64,000 nucleotides of DNA, taken from Cyanidioschyzon merolae (taxonomy: Eukaryota). The notes under the pieces are model-generated. The model did not search any database. It saw only the letters and a program-made list of their open reading frames with translations, and was not told the origin of the DNA. Shown here one piece after another: positions 1 to 10,554 of this stretch. Location: NCBI GenBank assembly GCA_000091205.1, contig AP006494.2; one strand, written 5' to 3'. Position 1 is the stretch's first letter; each line of letters begins with the position of its first letter. The position numbers and the translations under genes are program-made.

Positions 1-700
1 GGAGGATTTCTGGTACATTATATCGTCTCCAAGGAAACACGTATCGGAAGGAAGATCCAAGCTGGAGAGCCAGTCGAGAAATTTGAACCCATCTACGCTC
101 CCTTCGTGCAAAGCGTGGCGCTGTCTCCACTGGCAGCGACCGCTGCAGTGACCGAAGTTGGATTCCACGGCTCTTCCCGATGCAAACAGAGGATACGAGA
201 GTTTCCGGGGGCATACCCATTGGAGATATCTCGACACAGCCGGATGCCGTTTCGTTGATGGAAACGAAAAGAGGAGGAGTCGTGTTGCGGAAGTAATCGA
301 TTATATGACATGAGACGATCAGTGAACTTTTGGCTCGAGCTCGTAAACAAGTCTGCAGCAGTCATCGTCAGGTATTTTCCGTCGTCAACCCAGCGGTGCA
401 AATTGCTGCGCGCACCATTGACCTTGAAACAGAGGCATAGAAAGCCTGGAGTGTGCGCGATGTGAGCATGCTATACGTAAGGAAAGGCCAAGCGAGGAGG
501 CGTTTAGTTATGATTTGGGTCATGACGTCGATTAATTTACGAAGCCTTGATTGAAGGCTTCACGAACCATCACGATTCCGCTAACATCAAGAGTTCCGGC
601 GGGAAGGAGTCGAAGGATCCGCAACGAAATGACAACCGAGAATCCTAAAGCGCATATGAATCTTGGTCCCTTATTGCTGCACTTGTGGTGTTGAGGTTGC
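1..700 (-). mobile_element. Degenerate IS630/Tc1-mariner-like (DDE_3) transposon copy, truncated by the window edge
   Basis: ORF 93..401(-) reads DDGKYLT..SSSQKFTDRLMS..NGYAPGNSRI, parallel to DDDKYST..SSCQKFTDCVIS..GYAPGGSRRF of the 12152..12901 transposase relic. Nucleotides 60-120 and 285-330 align to 7560-7660 and 7840-7990 of the IR1-L copy (gctcccttcgtgcaa; gtgaacttttgg). Confidence 0.55.
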
Positions 701-1672
701 GTATGTAAAGAGTGTTTGGAATAAATTGAAAGACGGGAGCAGAGCGCGCAATTCCATATCAAATTTTAATGCTATGCCAGTAAAGTGTGCGCTGGAACTG
801 CACGCGGGCGCATTGCGCAACCTCGAGAGCCTCGCAGGATGGCGATGACCGAAGTTGAAAATTGCTCGCTGACAATCAAAGAAAGAGAGTCCGTGACGTC
901 CACCGGTACAGGTGTCGAACACTTGTTCTGTTTCTGGGGCTTAATATTCGGTGCAATGCATCGATCTGGGGCTCTGTGAAATTCGATAGCATGAATTGCG
1001 GGAAATAGCGGTCTCGGATACAATTTTTTCCGTACCCCCAAGCGAGGACGCCTCTAGGCTGATGTGCGTCTCCTATCGCCTCTTAATGGACCGACGAAGC
1101 CTTAATAGTTGTGCAAGGGCCGTGCAACGCGGGTTCTCCCGCAGAGCACAGCGCAGGCGACGAGACGCAGCAATCGCTCCGAACAGAACCCGCAGCGGTG
1201 CCTCCAGTTTCGCAAAGAACGATTGAGCCAGGCTCTACACCATGGGCATGGATGAAACGATCAAACGCTTTCACTTCACGGGGTGGCTGCTCCGCAAGCA
1301 CTCGAAGCTGGGGACATGCAAAGCGGAGCCGAAATCTCCGCCCTGGTTGTAGAGAGCTGCGGCACGGCGGGAGGATGCCTCCGGTGAGCTCCATCGCTCT
1401 CGCCGAGCAGACAACATCACCGATTGTTTTGATAGGAGGACCTTTGGTTCCAATTACATAACTGCGAACTGGCGAATAATGTCGGCAATCGGGAGAATGT
1501 TCTCGATGGCGAACCGGTGCTGCCGCAAAGCTCACCGGTAGGTTAGTAGCCTCGGGCGGTGATTGCTGTTTCAATCGGAGCGATTGAGGACGCGCTTCCC
1601 GTGCTATCATTGCTACTAGAAGACCTTGTGTAGTTCCGCACGCGCTGTGCTGATTGCATAGCGTCATCAATC

Positions 1673-2878
1673 ATGGCTGTGGGAACCAGATGGTTCATTC
1701 TGAGCAGGAAACTTTCAGGACTGCCTCCGCAGCGTCCTCGCCTCGAGGCGCTGCGAGCGCTGCTCCAGTCTGAAACCCCGGCTTTTGAGTTAGCTACCGA
1801 TGTGCCTGCTCAAGCAAGCGACCAGCTCGAGTGCTCCAAGCCTCACCGCGTCGACGCATACGCAGTGCAGAAAAAGCCTGAATGGCTGCAGGTGCGTCCT
1901 GCTGGTGACCACAAGTCCGTGGCTGAGTACAGGCGGCTCTACCGTGCAGTGCGTGACTTGAACTTGCACACCGTATGTGAGGAGGCCCGGTGTCCTAACA
2001 TTGGCGAGTGTTGGGGCGGTGGAACTGCGACAATAATGCTTATGGGAGACACTTGTACCCGAGGTTGTCGATTTTGCAGCATTAAAACTTCTCGAAGCCC
2101 GCCACCACTCGACCCAGCCGAACCGGAGAATGTGAGCTCTACTATTTCTCGATGGGGTCTCCGCTACGTTGTTCTCACGAGCGTCGATAGAGACGACCTT
2201 ACTGACGGGGGCGCTGCGCACATTGCCTCAACCGTGAAGCTTTTGAAACAGAGAGTGCCTTCTATTTTGGTGGAGACGCTTACTCCGGATTTCGGCGGGT
2301 CTACGTCGGCTGTTCACACGGTCGTTGAGTCCGGAGTCGATGTTTTCGCGCATAACATTGAGACTGTTGAGCGACTTCAACATGTTGTTCGTGACCGGAG
2401 AGCCGGTTACAAGCAGAGCCTGTATGTTCTGGAACAAGCCAAGGCGCATCCACAGCGTGGCAAGGAGATAGTGACCAAGTCCAGCATCATGCTGGGCGTC
2501 GGAGAGACCCGAGCAGAAGTCAAGCAGAGTATGATGGATCTTTTAAATGCTGGGGTCCAGATTCTTACATTGGGACAATATCTGCGACCGTCTCGAAAAA
2601 ATATGAAAGTTGAAGAATGGATTCATCCTGATGAATTCGAGGAATGGAAACACGAAGGTGAGAAACTCGGCTTTCTTTACGTAGCATCGGGCCCACTTGT
2701 CCGTTCTTCGTATAGAGCAGGTGAATTTTTCATAGAGTCTTTGTTCCGGAAAGAGCACAAACAAAGCGCCTCCAGGGGAAGCACCTCCTGGGAGAAAAAT
2801 ATTGGGTCAGGCACAGTTGCTGAGGCGGAACGACAGTATCAAGAGAATTTATCGCAGAGACCCTCACCTGTCGCCTAG
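1673..2878 (+). CDS. LIAS: Lipoyl synthase (radical-SAM LipA/LIAS) with a ~35-aa N-terminal presequence
   Basis: ATG start. Diagnostic [34 protein letters not shown] motifs give both Fe-S cysteine clusters. KKPEWLQV region matches the lipoyl synthase N-terminus. Arg-rich amphipathic leader. Confidence 0.9.
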   Translation: MAVGTRWFILSRKLSGLPPQRPRLEALRALLQSETPAFELATDVPAQASDQLECSKPHRVDAYAVQKKPEWLQVRPAGDHKSVAEYRRLYRAVRDLNLHTVCEEARCPNIGECWGGGTATIMLMGDTCTRGCRFCSIKTSRSPPPLDPAEPENVSSTISRWGLRYVVLTSVDRDDLTDGGAAHIASTVKLLKQRVPSILVETLTPDFGGSTSAVHTVVESGVDVFAHNIETVERLQHVVRDRRAGYKQSLYVLEQAKAHPQRGKEIVTKSSIMLGVGETRAEVKQSMMDLLNAGVQILTLGQYLRPSRKNMKVEEWIHPDEFEEWKHEGEKLGFLYVASGPLVRSSYRAGEFFIESLFRKEHKQSASRGSTSWEKNIGSGTVAEAERQYQENLSQRPSPVA

Positions 2879-3286
2879 CTGGATCTCGAATCTTTGGAGT
2901 TGGCTCGGTAAGCCTAATAATGGCACCCGCACGCTCGAAGGCTTAGTACTCTTGTTCATAGCAATCTCTGCTTTTATCTTAAATTAGGTCTCTCGGAGCG
3001 GCCCGCGAGATTAAGCTCCCAGAATCGACCTGAAGGAACGATTCCCTTTCTTCATGCCTTAAACTACCTGAATATGAACGAGATTTCCCGAAAATATGCA
3101 CGCTACTGGCGAGCTAACGACGGTGTGAACCACATCACATTTGCTGTACGCTCTTCTGTTTCCAAAGCGGTGGGCATTGGGTTTGATTGAAAAGTGCTAC
3201 AAAATGAAGAAATACATAACAATAAGTTATGGATTTTTTGAATTCATCTAGTATTTATCTTCGATCCTAGCCTAAAACAAACGTGA

Positions 3287-3928
3287 ATGAGCGCTCAGGA
3301 GAGGTTAACTTGTCGGAACCATGAAACGATACAATCGCATCTCGGTACTCGTATCGCCTTGCGCAAAGCGCGTGGCTTCACAGTGCTCTGCAAGACTCAG
3401 TATAGCAGCGCTTACATGTCACATCGGAGTGCGTTCTTTGTGCTCCCCGGTGAGGTGACTGGAAACGCCGAAGAACTTGCTTATAATGCTTCTGGCGTGT
3501 TCTACAAGTGGGACTTGGAGCTGCGTTCGCTCTACGCTGGAGTCTTAACCTGCTCCGAGCAGTGCGCAACTTCTGCAAAGGCTGCGCAACGACTAGCAAC
3601 AGTGCAGTGTGACCTCGAAAACCCCAGGGGTGACCAAAAAGCTAGCGCACTTATACCGAGACCAGGAAAACGCGTCATTGCTGTTGTTTTGAGGGTCAAC
3701 AGACGCCAGGCGACTGCACTGATTCTTCATGTGGGGACAGTTCCAGCGAAAAGCGAATTTATAGGTGTTGTCCGTCAACAGGATATTCAGGAGGATAACT
3801 GGGACTCGGTGCGCGTCTACGACCATTTGCAACCGGGCGACCTTATTGCAGCGGTCGTGCTCTCAGATCTAGAGCAGAAGCACTATTACCTTCGCGTGGC
3901 ATCGATGCCTTTTTTAATTCGGCGATAA
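3287..3928 (+). CDS. CSL4: Exosome complex component CSL4-like (S1 domain)
   Basis: C-terminal VRVYDHLQPGDLIAAVVLSDLEQKHYYLRVAS resembles the CSL4 motif PGDIV-A-V-SLGD---YYLST. ATG start. Confidence 0.5.
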   Translation: MSAQERLTCRNHETIQSHLGTRIALRKARGFTVLCKTQYSSAYMSHRSAFFVLPGEVTGNAEELAYNASGVFYKWDLELRSLYAGVLTCSEQCATSAKAAQRLATVQCDLENPRGDQKASALIPRPGKRVIAVVLRVNRRQATALILHVGTVPAKSEFIGVVRQQDIQEDNWDSVRVYDHLQPGDLIAAVVLSDLEQKHYYLRVASMPFLIRR

Positions 3929-4364
3929 CGTCCCGGGGTCTGGCAACTTTTACGCTGTCGTGGAAGAGAAAAACTCTAGTCTTATATCCGCTTGCTGTTG
4001 CAGTGAGCAGGAGGATCGGGCTCGTGAGAGGAGTTCCAACGGTCCTCGTCACTATGAAAGCGACCTTTTCCAATGGAATGGAGTGACTGAAACGACGGAA
4101 ACGATCTTCGCTCACAGCGTTGGGCGCGGAGGCTGCGAGTGCCAGTACATTTTGGCAGCATCGAAGGCACACTTGTCGACGAGATCGACGCGTTAGCGGC
4201 CAGTTGTTTGCTAAGTTACAGGCAAAGCGAACAACGTTTGGAATCGAATCTAGATTTTCGAAAACCCCCAGCCTCTTTTCAAAAAAGTTTCTTGTTTTAC
4301 TGTTTACATCAGAATCGAAGCAAGTCATACCCATTACCAGGTTTTGCAAAGGCATGACGCTCAC
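3843..4364 (-). CDS. Hypothetical ORF (173 aa), doubtful
   Basis: GTG start overlapping the stop of the DP gene. 86-nt overlap with the CSL4 3' end. No recognisable motifs. Confidence 0.15.
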   Translation of the reverse strand: MSVMPLQNLVMGMTCFDSDVNSKTRNFFEKRLGVFENLDSIPNVVRFACNLANNWPLTRRSRRQVCLRCCQNVLALAASAPNAVSEDRFRRFSHSIPLEKVAFIVTRTVGTPLTSPILLLTATASGYKTRVFLFHDSVKVARPRDVIAELKKASMPREGNSASALDLRARPLQ

Positions 4365-5548
4365 ACGGAGGCAGTGCGCAAGGAGATGTTCCGCGCTGCT
4401 GATTCCCGTGATATGCGAAGCATCTGGTTGGTTGAATATGGGCCTCTCTCATGCAATTTCAGGAGCGTCACGGAATCGCCATCACTGAACACAGAGAATG
4501 GCTCGCTCATCCCTAGTGTCAATGAGGAGCGAGTTTCGTTCGTCTCTAGCCCGATGTTCGCCTTAACGCCTGTACGAAGCACCACAAATGGGTACTGAAC
4601 CCGAATGCCGTCCGTCCCCTTTGAAACGGATGCATCTTCTGGAACCATGCGATTCTCAGAAAGGCGCAAGGCTCTTACGCGTTTCGTGCCACTCGTATTG
4701 GAATTTTCGTCCCATAGTGTATATCCAGCATGTAATTCAGATTCCATGAGCTCGTGCTGTGCCTCGTGATTTTGGTCCAAACTCGTGGTCTCCTCTTGTC
4801 CAAACGCTGAGGCACCATTGCCGGCGGGAAATCTCTTGTGCGACGGAAGGCCATCAGGGCATATGTCTTTGTCGAGCGTCTCGCAAGACTTTTCTTGGCT
4901 GTTTCGTGTGATGAGATTCATAAATGCAGCCTGCTGCTCTGCCAAATCTCTGGCGATTTCCTGTTTTGTTTGAATGGAGGCCCTCAGTTCCTCGACGCGG
5001 AGTCGCAAACGCCGTATTTCGGTGTACCGAGGGTCGATGCGCTCGCCTGGAATCCCACGCCAGTGCACGCTACCATTTTCACCTTTTTCTATAGTTCCAG
5101 TGGCAAGAAGTACGTTGAATATATCATATATGCGGCGCCTAAGAGTCCGTTCAGCACAATTTCGCTCATCAGTGTAACCGTCTTCGCCGTACCTGGGGCT
5201 TGCAATGGTGCGTCCATTCCGCAATGGTGAGGCCTCGTGGGCCACTACGCACGCTAACCTATCTTTGCGCGCGGGCGACACCTCATGGAGTATGCCTTCC
5301 AGGTTTGCAGCGCTAGTTCGCTCTAATGTTTGCCCTTGCACAACGTCAGAACCAAGAAATTCTTCCACGAGCTCGTCAGCGATCCTAGCGTACGTCGCGA
5401 AACCAAGCAAACGAAGCTTCCGGCAGAAAGAAACGCTCAGTAACCGAAGTCCCTTGGAGGAGCGAGAAGGTGTCGGCTTTTCAGCCAAACAACCCCGCTG
5501 ACGCACAAGAGGTGTGCTTTGAGTGGCACGAACCGTTCGATTATCCAT
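4361..5548 (-). CDS. DP: E2F dimerisation partner (DP) family transcription factor
   Basis: KGLRLLSVSFCRKLRLLGFATYARIADELVEEF and ERTLRRRIYDIFNVLLATGTIEKGENGSVHWRGIP match the DP1 DNA-binding winged-helix region (KGLRHFSMKVCEKV / [34 protein letters not shown]). The track ORF extends to 5668 but begins with TTG; first in-frame ATG is near 5548. Confidence 0.7.
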   Translation of the reverse strand: MDNRTVRATQSTPLVRQRGCLAEKPTPSRSSKGLRLLSVSFCRKLRLLGFATYARIADELVEEFLGSDVVQGQTLERTSAANLEGILHEVSPARKDRLACVVAHEASPLRNGRTIASPRYGEDGYTDERNCAERTLRRRIYDIFNVLLATGTIEKGENGSVHWRGIPGERIDPRYTEIRRLRLRVEELRASIQTKQEIARDLAEQQAAFMNLITRNSQEKSCETLDKDICPDGLPSHKRFPAGNGASAFGQEETTSLDQNHEAQHELMESELHAGYTLWDENSNTSGTKRVRALRLSENRMVPEDASVSKGTDGIRVQYPFVVLRTGVKANIGLETNETRSSLTLGMSEPFSVFSDGDSVTLLKLHERGPYSTNQMLRISRESAARNISLRTASV

Positions 5549-6935
5549 GGCGTTCCTGAGCGAGGCACTGTAACCTCTACAGGTAACGATTACGGATGCT
5601 GCGTCTCGTTGGCTACGGTGTCTGAAAAGCGATAAAGACACCTTTTCAAGGGGCGGATGCTTCCGCAACCGTACCTTGGCGACAGCAGTCCAATAAGAAG
5701 CTGCGCTGGCTGGTCTTGCGGCACTGCAAACTACCCTCAGAGCACATTGGCAGGTAGAGCGCGCCCCTGCGACGTCCGAGAATCACCCGCCTCTGTACGC
5801 GCGCGAAAACAGAGCGCTGCGACCGGAGTTGCGATTTCGATGCCGCGCAGCGCCTCGACGGCAACGCGGGTTATCAGCGTAATCGTGCGCGGCAACTGTT
5901 CATGTGCGTAGTTCAACGCGATTCCTCATCGCTCAGGCGGGTGCGTCTACGCGGAGCGGTGTTTATTCGTTGCTCGATCATGCAGGGGAGTGCGAGCGGT
6001 GGCTTCCGAGTACGAGATGGAGCACAATTACGTTTTGCTTCTTGTGTGGGGCCCTTCGCACGGAAGATTTTGAAAGTTCACCGTTGAGAGCGGCCTACCG
6101 TTCGGATGTTGCCCTCAGAGTGTAGATGGTCATCGCTAGCGATAAATGTGGATGCTCCTCGCGTGTAGAGCTTGCTGGCATGGACGGAAACCTGAGTGTT
6201 TATCACGGTTTTCACATTCACGCTTCAACCTTGACTGTCGATCTTAGGGCGGGATTTGAAGAGATTGCAGCGCCGATTCGCGATAAGCGCTCAAGCGTCG
6301 TGTAATCCAATCTACCAAATAATTTGCAGCATTTCGGGACTGATGTTTCCTGCCAGGACACCTTGACAGGTGCTCGTCTAGAAACGTGCATGATGATTGG
6401 CTTCATTGCTGTTGCCACTGAGCAAACTTCGGGATAATAGTGCCCTCATGGTTTCTCTTCTGAGTCCAAACCGAAAAGGGATCCCGAAGCGGACAGCGTG
6501 CATCAATTGGTGCACTTTTTGGTTAGTAACGGATCTGGCGCGGGGCGTGGAACTCGAAACTTTCTGGCGCTCGTCTGGTTAACCACAATCGCAGCCGATC
6601 CCGATATGGGTACAGCAAAGCAGCTCAGTCTCCGCGAGGCGATCAAAGCAGGATGCGTCCGGCATAGCCGCACGTGCCCTCCTTTGTCTCGATGCCCAGA
6701 GAATCCTCGAATAAATCTATCCTTTTTTCTTAGGCAAATAATTACCTGGCGTCGTTGGAATGCACACGAGCTTGGATTGCAGCGGCAGTCGTTTTCCCAA
6801 TTTTCTTGCGAACCGCGCATCCTGGAATATGGTTACATGTACCGATTTCGCCTCAGGAAGAAAGCCGTCCGCTTTGACGAAATCATGCTCGTTATTTTGA
6901 CCACAATGGCGGCTTTGAAGGGCCTCACTTTTTCC

Positions 6936-8326
6936 GATTAACGCACCACACTTTGTCAGACAAGATTTTTACGGGTCCATCGATTTTCCTCCAGCGCCCG
7001 CTTCCGAGTTGGGGTTTCTTCGCACAATCATCGATACCTGCTGTTGGCGGCTTGTTCCGAGACTGCCTACCTTTCCCTTATCTTGTCTCTGGCTATGAGT
7101 ACACCGGTCTCTCGTGCCTCATCAACTCCCAGATCTGATGTCGATGGATGCTGATGGCAGTGCAAGTCCCGATTACACCGCACGGGGATATTGTCGACGC
7201 ATTTCGTGCATTGGCAAATGTTGCAATGTATGCTTCATTTGCCATATTCACCTTCTTTGTATACAGCCCCTGTGCTCGCTTCGTAACGGCAACACAAGGC
7301 TATGCGTAGATGAGACCTTATCCTCACCACAACTCATCCTCCAAGCGCCACCGCGTGGCGCGTGAGCACTTGATTCAGCGCTCGATACATGCCCCCGAAG
7401 GGCACAGAGTCCTCCCTGGATGCTCTTCGCGACATCTGCAACCAGTGCTGCACCGCACGACGACGGGTTTCTTCTAGGCGACAAACTCGGCGAGTACGCT
7501 GTCCAACGGGCGCGTAGGCGCACATTGTCCCATTCGATAGCGGATTTGTGGAGAGCGATGTCGTCTAGTGTGAAACAAGGACCAGAAGAAATATCGACGC
7601 TGGAGATCGAGTCCAGAATATTCTCTCCATCCGCGCTCCCTTCGTGCAATAGAGTTGCATAGTACCCATTGGAAGCGATCATTAGATAGCAAAGGCGAGT
7701 CCGAGACCATTTTGGATGCAAAGCGAAGCGACGGGAGCCTCCAGGAGCATATACCATGAAAGGTATCAGGCTGTGTGGAATCCCGCGACATCGATGGACA
7801 CAAGGCAACATGGTTTGTCTTTCTGACGGACATTATCATCGGATATGACACAATCTGTGAACTTTTGGCATGAGCTCCTGATCAAGTCGTCAAGGAACCT
7901 GGTCGAGTACTTATCATCGTCAATGCAGCGGAGCGCGTCCCTGTGCCCGCGAGCTGCCTTGAAACAGTCAGACCGAAAGCTTGGGGAACTCATGATTTGG
8001 ATATGCTTGATGCAGGAAAAGCGGAGGAATGGAGGCCTTTGGATAAGAACTGCATAATGGTATCGGTTATTTTACTGACGTGGGGTTGAGGGCGTCGCGA
8101 ATCATCGTGGTTTCGACGAATTAACGGATTCTAGCGACAGGAAGGGACTGCTCCGAAAAGATGACCAGTATCGTAAACCAAGGAAAGAGTGCGTAAGTCC
8201 GCATTGATGTGCTTCGAAGGTCAAGGCTGTTCATCTAGAAAAAGCTGGGGAAAGAACGGAAATACAGGAGGAGAGCGAAGAATTCCGTGTTCTGTTTTGA
8301 TCTGACATGAGAAGGAAGCGTAGCTT
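6936..8326 (-). mobile_element. IR1-L: ~1.39-kb copy of a degenerate DDE_3 (IS630/Tc1-like) element, inverted partner of 11824..13225
   Basis: Reverse-complement identity with 11824..13225 (coordinate sums 20145-20149, a few small indels). Identical ORFs 7845..8057(+)/12088..12300(-) and 7114..7365(+)/12784..13035(-). Outer junction near 6936 (taacgcaccacactttgtcagacaag). Inner end includes atctgacatg at 8300-8309. Confidence 0.75.
7248..7993 (-). pseudogene. DDE_3 transposase pseudogene (frameshifted relative to the right-arm copy)
   Basis: ORFs 7766..7993 and 7248..7811 together parallel 12152..12901 but are split by a frameshift, with small indels (HSLIPFMVYAPGG vs HNSLIPFMGYAPGG). Confidence 0.7.
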
Positions 8327-10376
8327 GGTTTTTGATTTGCGCGCTCATTTCTCTCCCCAGTTTCCTGCAGCTACACGTTTGGGAACAAACATGGCTCACC
8401 CTGTGAGTCTTCACTGGTTAAGACGGACGGATGACGTAGCACTTCACCGGGACGCTATCAATTCCGTGGTTTCAGTGCAATCGAGTGAATCGCAGCCTCA
8501 AGACGAGCTGTTGCTGTCAGAGAGTCGCGCTGGTGCTACGGCTTCGACGTTGGGAACGTCATCAAAGCCTTCGTTAGCTGAAGTTTCAACCGGAATTAAG
8601 CCGCAAACCAATATACAACGTGACTCACTTCGCTTACCTGAAACAGAGCGAGAGTATGAAAAGAGATCGCGTTCGAGCCAGTGGGCGAATGGAGACCTGA
8701 GTTTTCCCGAGAGAGAATGCCCGACTGTGGAAGTGAAACCTCGTTTCAGGCGAAGAATCATTTTTGGTGAGAGAAGGCAGTACGCGTTCTTTCAGGATGC
8801 TTTGTTTCCAGCTCTGTCTGACGCACCAGAGACGAGAGGTGCTATGGCCGATTCGCCCTCCGCGGACACTCCAAAACCCGCCTCCCTTGAAAGCTGTTCA
8901 GAAAGGGGAAACGGAGCCGCTTTGCACAAGACGAGAGACTCGTGCGACGTCGTTCCTGCGTTTCGGGAAAGCATTTGTTTGGGAGCTGATGCGAACAGAC
9001 TGAGCGCCGTATCCGGAGACTCTCTCAAGCTCGAAGATGATTCGAACCAGAAGCATTTTTCACTGGATAGCTCCCTAGGCCCGAACTCAAGGGCTGCCTT
9101 ATCTGATGAAATTAGCTTCCCAGGGGCACGGACGCATAGCTCAGAAGCGCTGCAGTTGGAGCTGAACAAAAGCGCCGAGAATGCGGAGTGCTCAACGATC
9201 TACGTCTATCTTTACCCCGATGGTTATTCATTTTCAGAAACAGGGTACCCTAGGTTCAGTTTCGATGGAAACTCTGATCGAATACTCTTTTGCTTAGATC
9301 AGGGTGTCCTGCCCTCTAGTTTTGAATTTCGCGCTCCGAAACGGGCTGACAGCATCAATAACGTTCGTGACGCGGTCATACTGGATTATACGCGGCCGAA
9401 GCCAAAGAAATTCCACATTACTTTGAGGCCTGACTATTTGAATATATGCCTCGCAATTGCAGAAAGTCCATACGCTCGGGAACTAAGACAAGCAGATAGA
9501 GTGCTGCAGTTGGAAGCAGAGCTACTTAAGCTTTTGCACGTTTTGGATGACTTGGAGCCTCGACTTGACCATCAAACGCTGTCGTCTCATACAGAATCCG
9601 CGCAGGTTCTTAACTTTGCTAGAACTGCAAGGCAGCATGTGGAGGTTACATTCACTAGATCACTTCCGCTTTTGCGGCTGTTTCTGACGAAACGTATGAA
9701 CAGAAATCGTCGATCCAGAGGAAAAGCAAACATCGATCTTGCATCACAGATGCTGCTTCTCGTGGCTGGCAACGAAAACCTTAACCGTTATCGTCGTACG
9801 CGAATGCGCAGCGTCACCGGTCTTCCAAGGCAGACTTCTTCCCTAGAGCTGAAGACGCCGGCAGACATTGCGGGCGCCCAACCTCTTCGAAGACCTAGTT
9901 TCTCAAACGTCATCGGGCGTTTGCTTCGGCAGCTTCGTTTCGTGTTGCATCGAGCGAGTGCAACCACGATCCAGCCAAAGTCCAACGAAGCCCCAGCTGT
10001 GACGAATGCGGACGAACCCTCTGGACAGTTGGATACCCCTACTGCGTCTGATCGAAACGCCCGACCTGCATCGAGATCGGGCGAACCAAGAATTGTATGT
10101 CTACTCGATATCATCGTCCGACCGCAACGCGGATGCGAATGTGTCATCCGCAGAGGTCAGGAAAAGAATCGAGATTTGGACATTCTACGCATCCCCGTTG
10201 GATCGGAAAGAAACGCTCACATTTTTGCGAACCAGTTTCGGCGCCTCATGCGTGGGGAAGGTTTCGTATGCGAGCAGGACTTGACGCTTCCGAGCGAGAA
10301 CAGGGTCACAGGGGAAGATAACGCTTCGGAGACGCCAGCGGCGGACGCTAGTGCTTTGCGGTTAACGAACGAGTAA
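8307..10376 (+). CDS. Hypothetical Ser-rich low-complexity protein (689 aa), orphan
   Basis: 2.07-kb uninterrupted ORF with ATG start, statistically unlikely by chance at this GC content. No recognisable domain. Its ATG (8307-8309) lies inside the inner end of IR1-L. Confidence 0.5.
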   Translation: MRRKRSLVFDLRAHFSPQFPAATRLGTNMAHPVSLHWLRRTDDVALHRDAINSVVSVQSSESQPQDELLLSESRAGATASTLGTSSKPSLAEVSTGIKPQTNIQRDSLRLPETEREYEKRSRSSQWANGDLSFPERECPTVEVKPRFRRRIIFGERRQYAFFQDALFPALSDAPETRGAMADSPSADTPKPASLESCSERGNGAALHKTRDSCDVVPAFRESICLGADANRLSAVSGDSLKLEDDSNQKHFSLDSSLGPNSRAALSDEISFPGARTHSSEALQLELNKSAENAECSTIYVYLYPDGYSFSETGYPRFSFDGNSDRILFCLDQGVLPSSFEFRAPKRADSINNVRDAVILDYTRPKPKKFHITLRPDYLNICLAIAESPYARELRQADRVLQLEAELLKLLHVLDDLEPRLDHQTLSSHTESAQVLNFARTARQHVEVTFTRSLPLLRLFLTKRMNRNRRSRGKANIDLASQMLLLVAGNENLNRYRRTRMRSVTGLPRQTSSLELKTPADIAGAQPLRRPSFSNVIGRLLRQLRFVLHRASATTIQPKSNEAPAVTNADEPSGQLDTPTASDRNARPASRSGEPRIVCLLDIIVRPQRGCECVIRRGQEKNRDLDILRIPVGSERNAHIFANQFRRLMRGEGFVCEQDLTLPSENRVTGEDNASETPAADASALRLTNE

Positions 10377-10554
10377 GACGGACCGTCATATTCCAAACCC
10401 AAAGATGGAAAATTCATGTTCCGATAGAATTTCTCATAGAGCATAGTGCATGTTGCTGCGCGAGGCGGCCGCATGTATAGGACTGGGGAGGCGTTCGACT
10501 GTTCCAGGCTGCATACAGGAGGTGAAGCAGCACGGCTGCTGAAATGACGCTTCT

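Noticed and set aside
1083-1670. 195-aa minus-strand ORF upstream of lipoyl synthase.
   Set aside because: Pro/Arg/Ser/Ala-rich composition typical of an antisense or non-coding frame in GC-rich DNA. No motifs. Overlapped by other spurious frames.
4358-4368. Apparent 4-nt overlap between the DP stop and the start of ORF 3843..4364, considered as a frameshift or readthrough extension of DP.
   Set aside because: The downstream ORF begins with GTG in the track, DP is already full length, and the downstream peptide has no DP-like C-terminal similarity.
6936-8326. Searched IR1 and IR2 arm termini for their own short terminal inverted repeats (e.g. CAGTG / TACAGT Tc1 ends).
   Set aside because: Only a weak shared tgtcaga at the IR1 ends and nothing at the IR2 ends. 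Element boundaries are therefore defined by decay of similarity, not by recognised TIRs.
9121-9160. tRNA-like D-loop string (gcatagctcagaagcgctgcagttggag).
   Set aside because: It lies inside the 689-aa CDS, and no acceptor or anticodon stem complementarity or T-loop (GTTCGAATC) follows. Likewise gtggttcgaatag at 19210 is inside the DegP CDS. No tRNA could be supported.
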